In this document: one piece after another, positions 10,335 to 19,972 of the stretch
Layout: every line of letters starts with the position of its first letter
How positions within the stretch are numbered: the stretch's first letter is position 1
Source: Candidatus Aminicenantes bacterium
GTDB taxonomy: Bacteria; Acidobacteriota; Aminicenantia; Aminicenantales; CALLJL01
Length of the DNA stretch: 63,167 nucleotides
Direction: 5' to 3'
NCBI GenBank assembly: GCA_026416195.1
Contig: JAOAFQ010000183.1
Location: forward strand, 1 to 63,167
The notes under the pieces: model-generated
Databases searched by the model: none
What the model saw: only the letters and a program-made list of their open reading frames with translations
What the model was told of the DNA's origin: nothing
Program-made: the position numbers and the translations under genes

Positions 10335-11237
10335 TCAGCTAGCCGCGGCTAAGGCAATTAAAACTCTCAACAGCTTAAACCCCTCAAGATAATCTTTGGT
10401 TTGAAATTTAAGGGTTCTGGGTTCAATTCTTTTTACCAGGGGAATCAGAGCCCCGAGCTCGGCCTGATTACTATTATGAAGTTGCAATTCGAAATCATAA
10501 GGGGGGGAAGGTAAAAATGGCTTAAATTCAGAAATTTTCTTGACCGCATCTCGAGCACCTTCAATTAATTTTTTTAAAACTAATTCACGAGGCAGCATCC
10601 GAGCCGCATACCGACCAACGCCTTCCTTGACAGTTACCGTTACTAATTTTTCGCCTAAAATAGACTTAGCCTGCCGACAAGTTTCGGCATCACCCGTAAG
10701 CATAATAACTGGAACGCGATAATAACCGGCAATAGCCGCATTAATTCCCAATTCAGGCATTTCCTGACCGTTAATTTTAATCGCGTAAACGGCAGCGCCA
10801 GAAATCGTATGATCAAGGATCGAAGCATAAGAACCAGCTCGAGCATGATAGCCAACAAAAATTACTCCACTGAAGGACTCATCGATACCTTCCATCATCG
10901 AAAGAGGTTTGGGTGAGCCAGAGATTAAAGTGACTTTAGGATTCAATTCATGGGCTGGAATATTTCTCATGCTCCCATGGGAATCATTAACCACAATTTC
11001 CTGAACTCCAGCTTCAAGTAAACCATTAATAACCGCATTAACATCCTCAACCATCCAGCGTCGACCAGCAGCATATTCAGGAGAATCGGCAGAAACTTGA
11101 TTGCCATGAACAACACCCCAAATCCCTTCCATATCAACTGAAAGGTAGATTTTAACCGGCTTGGTTTGGGCTATAAGAGAAGGCAAAAGGAGAGACAATA
11201 CACCTGTTACTAATAAAATGAAAAAAATCTTTTTCAT
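10335..11237 (-). CDS. dppA: M55 family D-aminopeptidase (DppA-like) with signal peptide
   Basis: SVDMEG, VNDSHG, GYHARAG, LDHT, ELGIN, LTGD motifs; GGAGG RBS. Confidence 0.9.
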   Translation of the reverse strand: MKKIFFILLVTGVLSLLLPSLIAQTKPVKIYLSVDMEGIWGVVHGNQVSADSPEYAAGRRWMVEDVNAVINGLLEAGVQEIVVNDSHGSMRNIPAHELNPKVTLISGSPKPLSMMEGIDESFSGVIFVGYHARAGSYASILDHTISGAAVYAIKINGQEMPELGINAAIAGYYRVPVIMLTGDAETCRQAKSILGEKLVTVTVKEGVGRYAARMLPRELVLKKLIEGARDAVKKISEFKPFLPSPPYDFELQLHNSNQAELGALIPLVKRIEPRTLKFQTKDYLEGFKLLRVLIALAAAS

Positions 11238-11378
11238 TGACTAAACCTCCCTTTGAAGAATCTTCCTCTTTTCTAAAGTAAAAGAATCGGGGCTGTCAAG
11301 GAATTTGATCAATTGAAGAGAAAAATTTGGGAAGTTTTGTTTCTGATAACGAAGAGAAGTTTGGAAAATCAAAAAACC

Positions 11379-12914
11379 TTACTTAACGAAACTACCAAGT
11401 TTAGCATTTTGATTGAGTTCACGAAGCTTTCTTAAGGCTTTAGCTTCAATCTGACGGATACGTTCACGAGTTAATTTAAAATGCTGTCCAACTTCCTCTA
11501 AAGTATACTCTCGGCCACCATCAAGACCAAATCTCATCCTTAAAACCTCAGCCTCTCTTTCGGTTAAGGTATTTAGGGCTTCAAGAATTTGCTCTTTCAA
11601 ACTGCTCTGAATAGCCAGATCAGCCGGTGAAGGAATGCTTTTATCTTGAATAAAATCACGAAGAAAGCTTTCTTCATCATCATTAATGGGTACATCAAGC
11701 GAAACTGATTCTTGGGTAAGACGAATAATTTCTCTTATTTTATCTACAGGCTTTCTCATCTTTCGAGCCAGCTCTTCAACAGTTGGTTCCCGTCCCTTTT
11801 CTCTTTGAATCTCTTGAGCGATCTTTCGCATTTTGCTCAAGATTTCTGCCATATGGACTGGAATTCGAATGGTTCGGCCTTGATCAGCAATGGCTCGGGT
11901 AATCGCCTGCTTGATCCACCAGGTAGCATAAGTTGAAAATTTATGACCCCGACGATAATCAAACTTTTCAGCCGCTCTCATCAAACCAATATTACCTTCT
12001 TGAATAAGATCAAGAAATTTTACCCCATGATTAGTATATTTTTTAGCAATAGATACGACTAAACGAAGATTGGCCTCAATTAAATCATTGCGGGCTTGAT
12101 CTCGAATTTTCCGACCTTCATTTAATTGCTTCAGAATGACCTTGCCAGCTTTAAACGAAACTCCTAATTTATCTTTTATTTCTCGGAGCTCTTGCCTTAT
12201 TTCTTTTATTCTGGTTTCAATGGTTTCCTTTCTTTCCGCTGAAATTCGACCTGCTATTTCCTTATTCAATTCTTCAAGGTCGGCTTCCAGTTCAATGAGT
12301 TGCTTTAAAGCTTGTCTTACAGTTTCATAGAGTCTCTCTTTAAAAAAAGTAGAGAAAGCCAGACTCCGAAAAAGATGGATTATTTCAATCACAAGACGGC
12401 CTCTTTTCCATCGATTGACCCGACTTTGGGGAATCTTTTCAAGACGGTTAAGAAGACCTCTTAATTTTCTAATTTGATTGAGTTGGTTTTCATATCTCTT
12501 TTCAAGATTAGTCCGATCAATCTCTGCAGATTGATCAAAAACATCCCCCAAGCTTTCCGGCATTTTTTGCATCTTCTCTTCGAGCTTAAGAATTTCTTCG
12601 AAAAATAATTTAGTCTTAGTTACTGCCTTAAGGATGATCTTTTCGCCCCGTTCCATCTGCTTGGCTAGGGCAATCTCTTTTTCCCTAGTCAGCAGAGGTA
12701 CTCGACCCATGTCGCGGAAATAAAGGCGAAGAGGATCATTAGAAGTTTCAGCTTCAATTTCTGTTTCAACTAATTCAGTCGGTTCCTCAGATAGAACCAA
12801 TAAATTTTCCTCCTTAACTACTTCATCTAGGAGGCGACGGGGCTCAGTCTGCCCTTCAACTACCTCTTCTAATTCATCTTCAAAGTCATCAAATAAGCGA
12901 AACCCTGATTTCAT
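11379..12914 (-). CDS. rpoD: RNA polymerase sigma-70 factor, RpoD-like (group 1/2)
   Basis: Region 1.2 [17 protein letters not shown], long non-conserved region, region 2 [12 protein letters not shown]...[10 protein letters not shown]...[13 protein letters not shown], region 4.2 TLEEVG...[16 protein letters not shown]. May be a paralog because region 1.1 is short. Confidence 0.85.
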   Translation of the reverse strand: MKSGFRLFDDFEDELEEVVEGQTEPRRLLDEVVKEENLLVLSEEPTELVETEIEAETSNDPLRLYFRDMGRVPLLTREKEIALAKQMERGEKIILKAVTKTKLFFEEILKLEEKMQKMPESLGDVFDQSAEIDRTNLEKRYENQLNQIRKLRGLLNRLEKIPQSRVNRWKRGRLVIEIIHLFRSLAFSTFFKERLYETVRQALKQLIELEADLEELNKEIAGRISAERKETIETRIKEIRQELREIKDKLGVSFKAGKVILKQLNEGRKIRDQARNDLIEANLRLVVSIAKKYTNHGVKFLDLIQEGNIGLMRAAEKFDYRRGHKFSTYATWWIKQAITRAIADQGRTIRIPVHMAEILSKMRKIAQEIQREKGREPTVEELARKMRKPVDKIREIIRLTQESVSLDVPINDDEESFLRDFIQDKSIPSPADLAIQSSLKEQILEALNTLTEREAEVLRMRFGLDGGREYTLEEVGQHFKLTRERIRQIEAKALRKLRELNQNAKLGSFVK

Positions 12915-12979
12915 CTCCCCACAACCTCTTTAAAAATTTTATTTATTATTTTACCATATTTTCCCAAGAAAAAGCTATT

Positions 12980-15310
12980 TTAAAGGCGAACAAATTTTGC
13001 CAAAAAACGAAGAGCCTCATCGACCCGTCGAAAAAGAGGTAGGCCATTTTTTTCTAAATAATCAGCTAGGGGATCATAAATAGCTCCAGCATCAAGACTA
13101 ACCACAAAGGGCTTTGGATTCTGATGAAAAAGTTGGACAAGCTTAGAGGCTAAAGTCGAGGGCTGATGAAAATCTTCACCTTGGTCAGGAGCAACTAATG
13201 TCTTTAAAGCTGGGGTCATGGGAACAGGCGAGACGACAACACAATCAACGCCTGGGTCTTCCAGAACGGCCTCGACGCAGGCAGCAAAAGCTAAATCATC
13301 AGCGACAGGTGTAAGATCAAGGGGATTGCGAATATCCTGGAGACGGTCGATCCCTAGAGGAGCAAGAGCTGCTTGAAGCCGGTCTCTTGTCTTTTGAGAC
13401 CATCGGGCTAGCTTTAAAACTCCATCGGGCATAATATGATCAGCCATAATGACACATTCAAAGCCAGCGTTACTTAAAAAACCTACTCTTGCCCCTCTTG
13501 ATTTTTTGTTTATTAAAGAAAAAAGGGCTTTCATTCCATTTTCAAATTCAGATAGAGTCTCAGCCACATAAACGCCTTGTTGGCTGATAAGGCTTTTAAA
13601 AATTTCATAGTCGCCAGCAACGGAAGCTGTATGAGATGTCGTGGCCAATTTTCCCTGCGGAGTTCGTCCTCCCTTATAAACAATGATCCTTGATCCAGCT
13701 TTAATCAATTTCGATGAAGCGCGAGCCAAAACAAGACCATCTCCTTCCCTTAAGCCTTCAAGATAAAGGGCATAAAGCTTCGGTCGTTGATCTTCGTTTC
13801 GGGCAAAATAATCAAGATAATCAGCCACAGTTAAATCAATTTGATTACCAATGGAAATGGCCATTTCTGGGGCTAACCATGGCGATTTATTTAGACGAGT
13901 GATCATAAAAGCGCCGCTTTGAGAAATGAAAATAAGTCCGGGTTTTCCTTCTCGCGGTCGAGGGAACTTATATTCAGGGATAAAAGTAGTATCATAGCGA
14001 CCTGGACGAGAAATTATTCCAAGACAGTTAGCCCCGTTAATAATTGGAGCGAAAGAATTTTCTCTTCTTGCTTTCTCTATTAACTCTCTAATTCTTTTTT
14101 CCTCGTTTTCAGTTCCTTTCTTTTCTCCAAGCCCACCAGCAATAATAATCATAGATTTGGCTTTTTTCTCTATAATCAAACTTTCTAAACAACTGTAAAC
14201 ATGTTCAGCCGGCAAGGCATAGACAAAAAGATCTACAGTTTCAGGAAGATCGGCCACCGAAGGAAAACAACGACAGCTTTCTATGGTTTCAGAACCCGGC
14301 TTTACAATATAGACCTTTTCTGGAGGAAAACCTTCTTTAAGAATATTATTAAGGATGATATGACCAAGATTCATTTTTTCAGAAACCCCAATTAGACCAA
14401 TAGATTCAGGGAAAAGGAGAAACTTCAACGCTTCGGCCGGTGGTCTTAATCTTTTAACTTTTTCCTGAGAAAAACGAGCCAGGCCATCAAGGGGAATGAA
14501 CTCGCCAGAAGAAATAACAACGGGATTGGCCTCAAGTTCTTCAAGAACATACCCTTGACCGGGAGCAAAGATTGAAAAATTTTTAGCTAAGCCAGCTAAC
14601 TTTTTAATCACTTCAATTAGGCGGCTAACCTCAATAACCGGGGCTCCGCCTCTAGGGCCTTGAACTAGCTTTTCATAGAAGGCTAAAGTTGAAAGCTGGG
14701 CTAGCAATTTCTTTTGACCCCTAAAAGAGGGTGAAAAAAAGCCTAAAGCCTGACCTTCTCGCAGACGTGGAACAAGATAGTCGACATCGGTTCCACCAAA
14801 ACCCAGAGTTATTATTGGTCCGAAATCTCTAGTTTGTTTAAGGCCTAAAAGTAATTCCTCACCTAAACCAATTTTTTTAAATTTAATTTTTTCAACAATC
14901 AAAAAACCTTTAATCGAATCTCTAACTTTTTTTGAATCAAAATCGCTTTTTTCTCGATCAACTATCCCTTTTCTCTGGGCCCAATCAAGCCACTTAAAAG
15001 GAATTTCTTCTAACATAATAGCTAGATTCTCCCTAATTTCTTTTATTTCATTAGCCACAAAACGAACCCCACCTACATCTGTTTTGTGAGGAATAAGAGG
15101 AGAAACTACTTTTATAACCACCTCTTCACTTTTTAACTTCTTAAGTTCTTCAACTTCAAGTTTCCTTTCTTTAGAAAGAAAAATAAAGTTCGGAACTTTT
15201 AAACCAATTTGTTTAAAAAGAAAATAGACTTCAGGTTCAAGCAAATGAGAACGGCCCTCTTTTTCAGCCCTACTTAATAAGTCATTGATAGATTGATAGG
15301 CTTTTTTCAT
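12980..15310 (-). CDS. ADP-forming acyl-CoA synthetase (acetate-CoA ligase family), beta-alpha fused order
   Basis: N-terminal ATP-grasp domain with HKTDVGGV and ELEANP; CoA-binding domain GANCLG; SQSG; phospho-His SHTAS; NAG and NPLDLT. Confidence 0.9.
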   Translation of the reverse strand: MKKAYQSINDLLSRAEKEGRSHLLEPEVYFLFKQIGLKVPNFIFLSKERKLEVEELKKLKSEEVVIKVVSPLIPHKTDVGGVRFVANEIKEIRENLAIMLEEIPFKWLDWAQRKGIVDREKSDFDSKKVRDSIKGFLIVEKIKFKKIGLGEELLLGLKQTRDFGPIITLGFGGTDVDYLVPRLREGQALGFFSPSFRGQKKLLAQLSTLAFYEKLVQGPRGGAPVIEVSRLIEVIKKLAGLAKNFSIFAPGQGYVLEELEANPVVISSGEFIPLDGLARFSQEKVKRLRPPAEALKFLLFPESIGLIGVSEKMNLGHIILNNILKEGFPPEKVYIVKPGSETIESCRCFPSVADLPETVDLFVYALPAEHVYSCLESLIIEKKAKSMIIIAGGLGEKKGTENEEKRIRELIEKARRENSFAPIINGANCLGIISRPGRYDTTFIPEYKFPRPREGKPGLIFISQSGAFMITRLNKSPWLAPEMAISIGNQIDLTVADYLDYFARNEDQRPKLYALYLEGLREGDGLVLARASSKLIKAGSRIIVYKGGRTPQGKLATTSHTASVAGDYEIFKSLISQQGVYVAETLSEFENGMKALFSLINKKSRGARVGFLSNAGFECVIMADHIMPDGVLKLARWSQKTRDRLQAALAPLGIDRLQDIRNPLDLTPVADDLAFAACVEAVLEDPGVDCVVVSPVPMTPALKTLVAPDQGEDFHQPSTLASKLVQLFHQNPKPFVVSLDAGAIYDPLADYLEKNGLPLFRRVDEALRFLAKFVRL

Positions 15311-15386
15311 TTTTCCTCTCCTCAGGCCAACTTTTAAAAAAAGAATTATCCAATCAAAGAAGCTTTTCTTGAATTCTTAAATCTCG

Positions 15387-15974
15387 TCACTCCCAGGATT
15401 GCTTCAAGGCCACCTGCCGACCAAGTTCAAAAGCCCTCAAATTAAGGGCCACCATTTTTTCATCCCTAGATTCAAAGAATTCTTTTAGAGCCCTTTTAAG
15501 ATTTTCCGACTCGAGGGGAAGAAAAGGAGAAGCCGCTCCTAACATTACCATATTTTGAGCTCGACTAGAGCCAGCTTCTCTAGCCAACTTATCGGCCTCG
15601 ACAAGAAGATGAAACTTAACTTTCTTAATAGCTTCTAAAATAGCCTCAAGAGGTGGATAATCGGGAATATTAACATAGGGAACAGAATTCGTAATAACTC
15701 TTCCTTGAGAATCAAGGTATTCAAGATACCGAAGAGCTTCAAGAGGCTCAACAGATAAAATAAGATCACACTTACCGCGAGGAATAAGATCACTATAAAT
15801 TGGGCCATCAGCCAGACGGAGGTGAGATTGAACTGCCCCGCCGCGTTGAGCCATCCCATGAACTTCAGTTTGCTTGAAATTCAAGCCCTGAAGTAATGCT
15901 GCCCGGTCTATAATAAAGGCAATCGAAAGAATTCCCTGGCCACCGACCCCAGCAAGAATTAGATCATATTTCAT
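15387..15974 (-). CDS. iorB: Indolepyruvate:ferredoxin oxidoreductase beta subunit
   Basis: AGVGGQG, EVHGMAQRGGAV, NMVMLGA; overlaps the iorA stop by 4 nt (ATGA). Confidence 0.95.
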   Translation of the reverse strand: MKYDLILAGVGGQGILSIAFIIDRAALLQGLNFKQTEVHGMAQRGGAVQSHLRLADGPIYSDLIPRGKCDLILSVEPLEALRYLEYLDSQGRVITNSVPYVNIPDYPPLEAILEAIKKVKFHLLVEADKLAREAGSSRAQNMVMLGAASPFLPLESENLKRALKEFFESRDEKMVALNLRAFELGRQVALKQSWE

Positions 15975-17569
15975 TCCTGGCCTCGTTTCTTTTTTCTAGC
16001 TTCTTGAAGGCATTCCCTCACCGCTACAATAACCGAAAGTCCAGGATAATTAATTTCTTCTCTTATTATTTCCGCATTTTTGGTTAGATTCCGAGGCAAA
16101 GGTTCGATTACCCTAAGATGCTCTCGTTTCACTCCTAATCCTTCAATCATTTTTAATAAGAAATTGCCTGAAGCGTAACTTTTCTGCCCACCAGTCATAG
16201 CTACAGTTCCATTATCGAGGATAATCACCGTCATTCTAGAATTTGATCTGGCCGCTTCAAGAAGGGGGGTTAAGCCTGAATGGCCAAAGGTAGAATCTCC
16301 AATAACAGCCACTGAAGGATGCTGGCCCACGTCTGCTGCTCCTTTAGCCATTCCAATGCTAGCACCCATGCAAACACAAGTGTCGATTGAAGAATAAGGA
16401 GGAAAGTAACCAAGGGTGTAACAACCAATATCGCTAAAAACGATAGCTTGAGGAAACTCCTTCAGAGCTTCTTTTAAAGCTAAAAAAGTATCTGCGTGAG
16501 GACAACCCGGACAAAGTTGTGGCGGACGAGCGGCTAAAGGTAAAGGTTTTTTCTGTTCCCTAATAAACAGCGGAAGGCCAAGGGCTTGACGAACAATATC
16601 GGGGGTAAGCTCTCCTGAAAGAGGAAGATCGCCGCTTAACTTACCTTTAATTTTCTTGCCGGGAAGGCCAATAATTCCTTTTAAAGTACTTTCGATAAAA
16701 GGATAACCTTCTTCGATGATTAAAAGAGTTTCCACTTTTTCAATGATTTTTCGGAAAAGCTTTTCAGGCAGAGGATAGGTTGAAACCTTCAAATAAGAAG
16801 GCTGCGGCTTTATTTCAGGTAAATTTTCTAAAACATAATTAGCGGCAATTCCAGCAGCCACAATGCCTAAAGAAGAATTCTCTGGAGATAATTCAAGCCG
16901 GTTAAAGGGAGATTCTTCTGAAAAATGTTTCAATTCAGCCTGTTTATTAAGAACAACTTCAAATCGACGCCGTGCATTTATGGGTAATAAGGTCCAATGA
17001 CTTTTTTCTCCAACCTGTCTAGCTTGACCTTTCACCGGTTCACGCGGAACGAGATAAGAACGGCTATGTGCTAAGCGAGTAACGAGACGAATCATCACGG
17101 GAAGCCCAATAGCCTCAGAAAGCTCAAAGGCTTGCCTGGTCATTTCATAGGCTTCTTGATGGGACGAGGGTTCATAGCAAAAAATTCGAGCAAAATGAGC
17201 ATAGAAACGGCTATCTTGCTCATTCTGAGAACTATGCATCCCCGGATCATCGGCCACAACTACCACTAAACCTCCATTGGCTCCAGTTAAGCTAGAGTTA
17301 ATAAAAGGGTCGGCAGCGACATTAAGTCCGACATGTTTCATGGAAACCAAAGCTCTTTTTCCCGCATAGGAAACCCCCAAAGCTGCCTCATAAGCTACCT
17401 TCTCATTAACAGACCAAGTAGCGATGAACCTTTTTTCCTTTGATTCTCTTATTAAGAATTCCATGATTTCAGAGGCTGGGGTTCCCGGATAAGAATATGC
17501 TGCTGCTAAGCCAGCATGGATAGCTCCTAAGGCAACAGCCTCATCACCCAGAACAACCATCTTTTCCAT
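15971..17569 (-). CDS. iorA: Indolepyruvate:ferredoxin oxidoreductase alpha subunit (short form lacking the C-terminal ferredoxin domain)
   Basis: YPGTP, NEKVA, MKHVGLNVAAD, DDPGMHSSQNEQD, CPGCPH, DIGCY, TPP-binding GDS...DN..AMTG. Confidence 0.95.
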   Translation of the reverse strand: MEKMVVLGDEAVALGAIHAGLAAAYSYPGTPASEIMEFLIRESKEKRFIATWSVNEKVAYEAALGVSYAGKRALVSMKHVGLNVAADPFINSSLTGANGGLVVVVADDPGMHSSQNEQDSRFYAHFARIFCYEPSSHQEAYEMTRQAFELSEAIGLPVMIRLVTRLAHSRSYLVPREPVKGQARQVGEKSHWTLLPINARRRFEVVLNKQAELKHFSEESPFNRLELSPENSSLGIVAAGIAANYVLENLPEIKPQPSYLKVSTYPLPEKLFRKIIEKVETLLIIEEGYPFIESTLKGIIGLPGKKIKGKLSGDLPLSGELTPDIVRQALGLPLFIREQKKPLPLAARPPQLCPGCPHADTFLALKEALKEFPQAIVFSDIGCYTLGYFPPYSSIDTCVCMGASIGMAKGAADVGQHPSVAVIGDSTFGHSGLTPLLEAARSNSRMTVIILDNGTVAMTGGQKSYASGNFLLKMIEGLGVKREHLRVIEPLPRNLTKNAEIIREEINYPGLSVIVAVRECLQEARKKKRGQE

Positions 17570-17608
17570 CGAACCTCACTCCCTTCGGCCATGGAGTAAG
17601 GACTCTTA

Positions 17609-17638
17609 AGAATAGCCCTTCTATTATTTAAGTGTCAA
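17609..17638 (-). promoter_or_regulatory. Putative sigma70 promoter of iorAB-acd
   Basis: Minus strand TTGACA-N18-TATTCT, about 40 nt upstream of the iorA start. Confidence 0.55.
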
Positions 17639-17651
17639 GCTTTGGTCTTCA

Positions 17652-17681
17652 TTGACAAGGCTTCGTAGCTTTTGATATAGA
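17652..17681 (+). promoter_or_regulatory. Putative sigma70 promoter of the PAS-GGDEF gene
   Basis: TTGACA-N18-(TG-n)TATAGA, back-to-back with the iorA promoter. Confidence 0.5.
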
Positions 17682-17716
17682 AAAAGCGAATCATCTAAAG
17701 GGGTAATGAACTAAAA

Positions 17717-18661
17717 ATGGCTCTTAATGAGAAACAAAATTTCCTGGATACTCTGAGTATTGATTGCTTAGCTGAAATTCTCGCCACTTCTTTTGAAGGA
17801 GTTTTCTTTCTCGATAAAGAAAGAAACATTCTTTTTTGGAACCAGGCGGCCGAAACAATTTCTGGATACACCAACTCTGAAGTGCTTGGACGAAAATGCT
17901 CTGATCGAATTTTGGCGCCGATTGATGATCAAGGTCGAGCTCTTTGCTCTGAATTATGTCCATTGAATGATCTTAAATCTGAAGTTCTTAAAAGAAATTT
18001 AGAATTATATATTCATCATCGAGATGGATATAGATTACCTGTGATCATGAGAATCAGGCCTTTAAAAAATTTAAAAGGAGAAATTATTGGCACGGCCCAC
18101 ATTTTTATCGACATTTCCCCTCGAGTGAGTATGCCACCTCAGGCCGAAGAGCTTAGTCGGCTTGATTTGATCGATCCTCTTACTTCTGTCGGTAATCGAA
18201 CTTTTCTGAGAATTTATCTCCAATCTCGCCTCCAGGAGATGCAAAAATTTAAACTGAGCTTTGGCGTTCTTTATATTGATGTTGACCGTTTGGCCGAAAT
18301 AAATGATTTGCATGGCCGAGTGGCTGGTGATCGTCTCATCGCCGCCATTGCTCGAACTTTACAAAATAATCTGCGTTTCATTGATGTTTTAGGCCGCTGG
18401 AACGATGATGAATTCATGGCTATCATTACTCATGTAGACGAAACTAAACTCGATGTCGTGGCTAATAAATTGCGGCTTTTAGCTCAAAATTCTTTTATCC
18501 TCAGTAACGGGCTTTCTGTCAGCACTTCTGTCTCTATTGGGGCGACGATGGCCAGACGAAGAGATACAATTAAAGATATTGTTGATCGCGCCGAAAAACT
18601 AATGCTTCATAGCAAATGGTTAGGACGTAATCGCGTTTCCTCTCGCCTAACTAGTATTTAA
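17717..18661 (+). CDS. PAS + degenerate GGDEF-domain protein (probable c-di-GMP receptor)
   Basis: PAS (WNQAAETISGY...EVLG); DPLTSVGNR, IDVD, INDLHG...GD; active site reads NDDEF instead of GG(D/E)EF; I-site RFID intact. Confidence 0.85.
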   Translation: MALNEKQNFLDTLSIDCLAEILATSFEGVFFLDKERNILFWNQAAETISGYTNSEVLGRKCSDRILAPIDDQGRALCSELCPLNDLKSEVLKRNLELYIHHRDGYRLPVIMRIRPLKNLKGEIIGTAHIFIDISPRVSMPPQAEELSRLDLIDPLTSVGNRTFLRIYLQSRLQEMQKFKLSFGVLYIDVDRLAEINDLHGRVAGDRLIAAIARTLQNNLRFIDVLGRWNDDEFMAIITHVDETKLDVVANKLRLLAQNSFILSNGLSVSTSVSIGATMARRRDTIKDIVDRAEKLMLHSKWLGRNRVSSRLTSI

Positions 18662-18672
18662 CAATCATTCCA

Positions 18673-18705
18673 TTGACTGGAAATTCAAAAAAAATATGCT
18701 AAAAT
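18673..18705 (+). promoter_or_regulatory. Putative carAB promoter
   Basis: TTGACT at 18673 with TATGCT (N16), or an overlapping extended -10 TG-c-TAAAAT at 18697-18705. Confidence 0.45.
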
Positions 18706-18712
18706 AAACGAA

Positions 18713-19972
18713 ATGTCTAGACCCGCGAACTCTGAACCAAAGCGCGGGGAAAAACTTTTAAAGATAAATCCAAATAATAACTCCTCTTCTTGTAGTCCAA
18801 AAAAGGATAATTCTAACAATCCAATAAAATTGAAGAATCATCGTTCCCCTGCCTTTCTTATTCTTGAAAATGGAGCCGTTTTTGAAGGCTTTTCTTGCGG
18901 CGCCCCTAAGGAAGTTGGCGGCGAAATTGTGTTCAACACCGCTATGACTGGTTATCAGGAAATTCTTACCGATCCTTCCTATCGAGGCCAAATAGTTGTC
19001 ATGACCTATCCCCTTATCGGCAACACTGGGATTAATTTTGAAGACGTTGAATCTCACCGGCCTTGGGTTGAAGGTTTTGTCGTCCGAGAAATGGCTCGTC
19101 GTCCATCCAATTGGCGAGCCAAAGAAAGCCTTCAACTTTATTTAGAAAAACAAGGAATACCAGCGATTGAAGGTATAGACACCCGACAAATTGTCAAGAT
19201 GATCCGCGAGGGTGGGGCTCAGCGGGCTCTCTTGACCACCAATTGTTTTAATTTAGATATGTTACGTCAAAAAGTTAAAGAAATTCCTTCGATTGTTGGC
19301 CTTGATCTGGTGAGTTCAGTTACTTGTCAAGCCCCATATTTTTTCGATGAAGGAGATTACGTTTGGCCTGATGGCTATATCAAAAAAGAAGAAAAAAAAT
19401 TTAAAGTAGTGGTCTTAGATTTTGGAGTCAAGCGCCATATTTTACGACAATTAGTAGCTAATGGAGCTCAAGTTCTTGTCGTTCCCGCTAACACCTCGGC
19501 TGAGACGATTCTTGCTTATAAGCCTGATGGTTTGCTGCTTTCCAACGGACCAGGTGACCCCGAACCTTTATCCTACGCAATTGCCACTATTAAAAATTTG
19601 GTTGGTCGATTGCCTATTTTCGGGATCTGTCTTGGACATCAACTTTTAGCCCTGGCTCTTGGGGGCCAGACTTATAAGCTCAAGTTTGGTCATCATGGAG
19701 CCAATCATCCAGTGAAAAATCTGCTCACCGGGAAAATCGAAATTACCTCCCAGAATCATGGCTTTGCGGTTGCCATCTCCTCCTTACCCTCTCAAGCTAT
19801 ACTTACCCATATCAATCTTAATGATGGTACCGTTGAAGGAATCGATTATCCGGAATTGATGGCCTTTTCTGTCCAATATCATCCTGAAAGTTCACCTGGT
19901 CCCCATGACTCCCGTTATCTCTTTAAGAAATTTTTTGATTTAATGAGTCGATTAAAACCGAGTTATGCCTAA
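18713..19972 (+). CDS. carA: Carbamoyl-phosphate synthase small subunit
   Basis: [35 protein letters not shown] (catalytic Cys), QNHGF, QYHPE. Start uncertain (ATG 18713 or TTG 18830). Confidence 0.97.
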   Translation: MSRPANSEPKRGEKLLKINPNNNSSSCSPKKDNSNNPIKLKNHRSPAFLILENGAVFEGFSCGAPKEVGGEIVFNTAMTGYQEILTDPSYRGQIVVMTYPLIGNTGINFEDVESHRPWVEGFVVREMARRPSNWRAKESLQLYLEKQGIPAIEGIDTRQIVKMIREGGAQRALLTTNCFNLDMLRQKVKEIPSIVGLDLVSSVTCQAPYFFDEGDYVWPDGYIKKEEKKFKVVVLDFGVKRHILRQLVANGAQVLVVPANTSAETILAYKPDGLLLSNGPGDPEPLSYAIATIKNLVGRLPIFGICLGHQLLALALGGQTYKLKFGHHGANHPVKNLLTGKIEITSQNHGFAVAISSLPSQAILTHINLNDGTVEGIDYPELMAFSVQYHPESSPGPHDSRYLFKKFFDLMSRLKPSYA

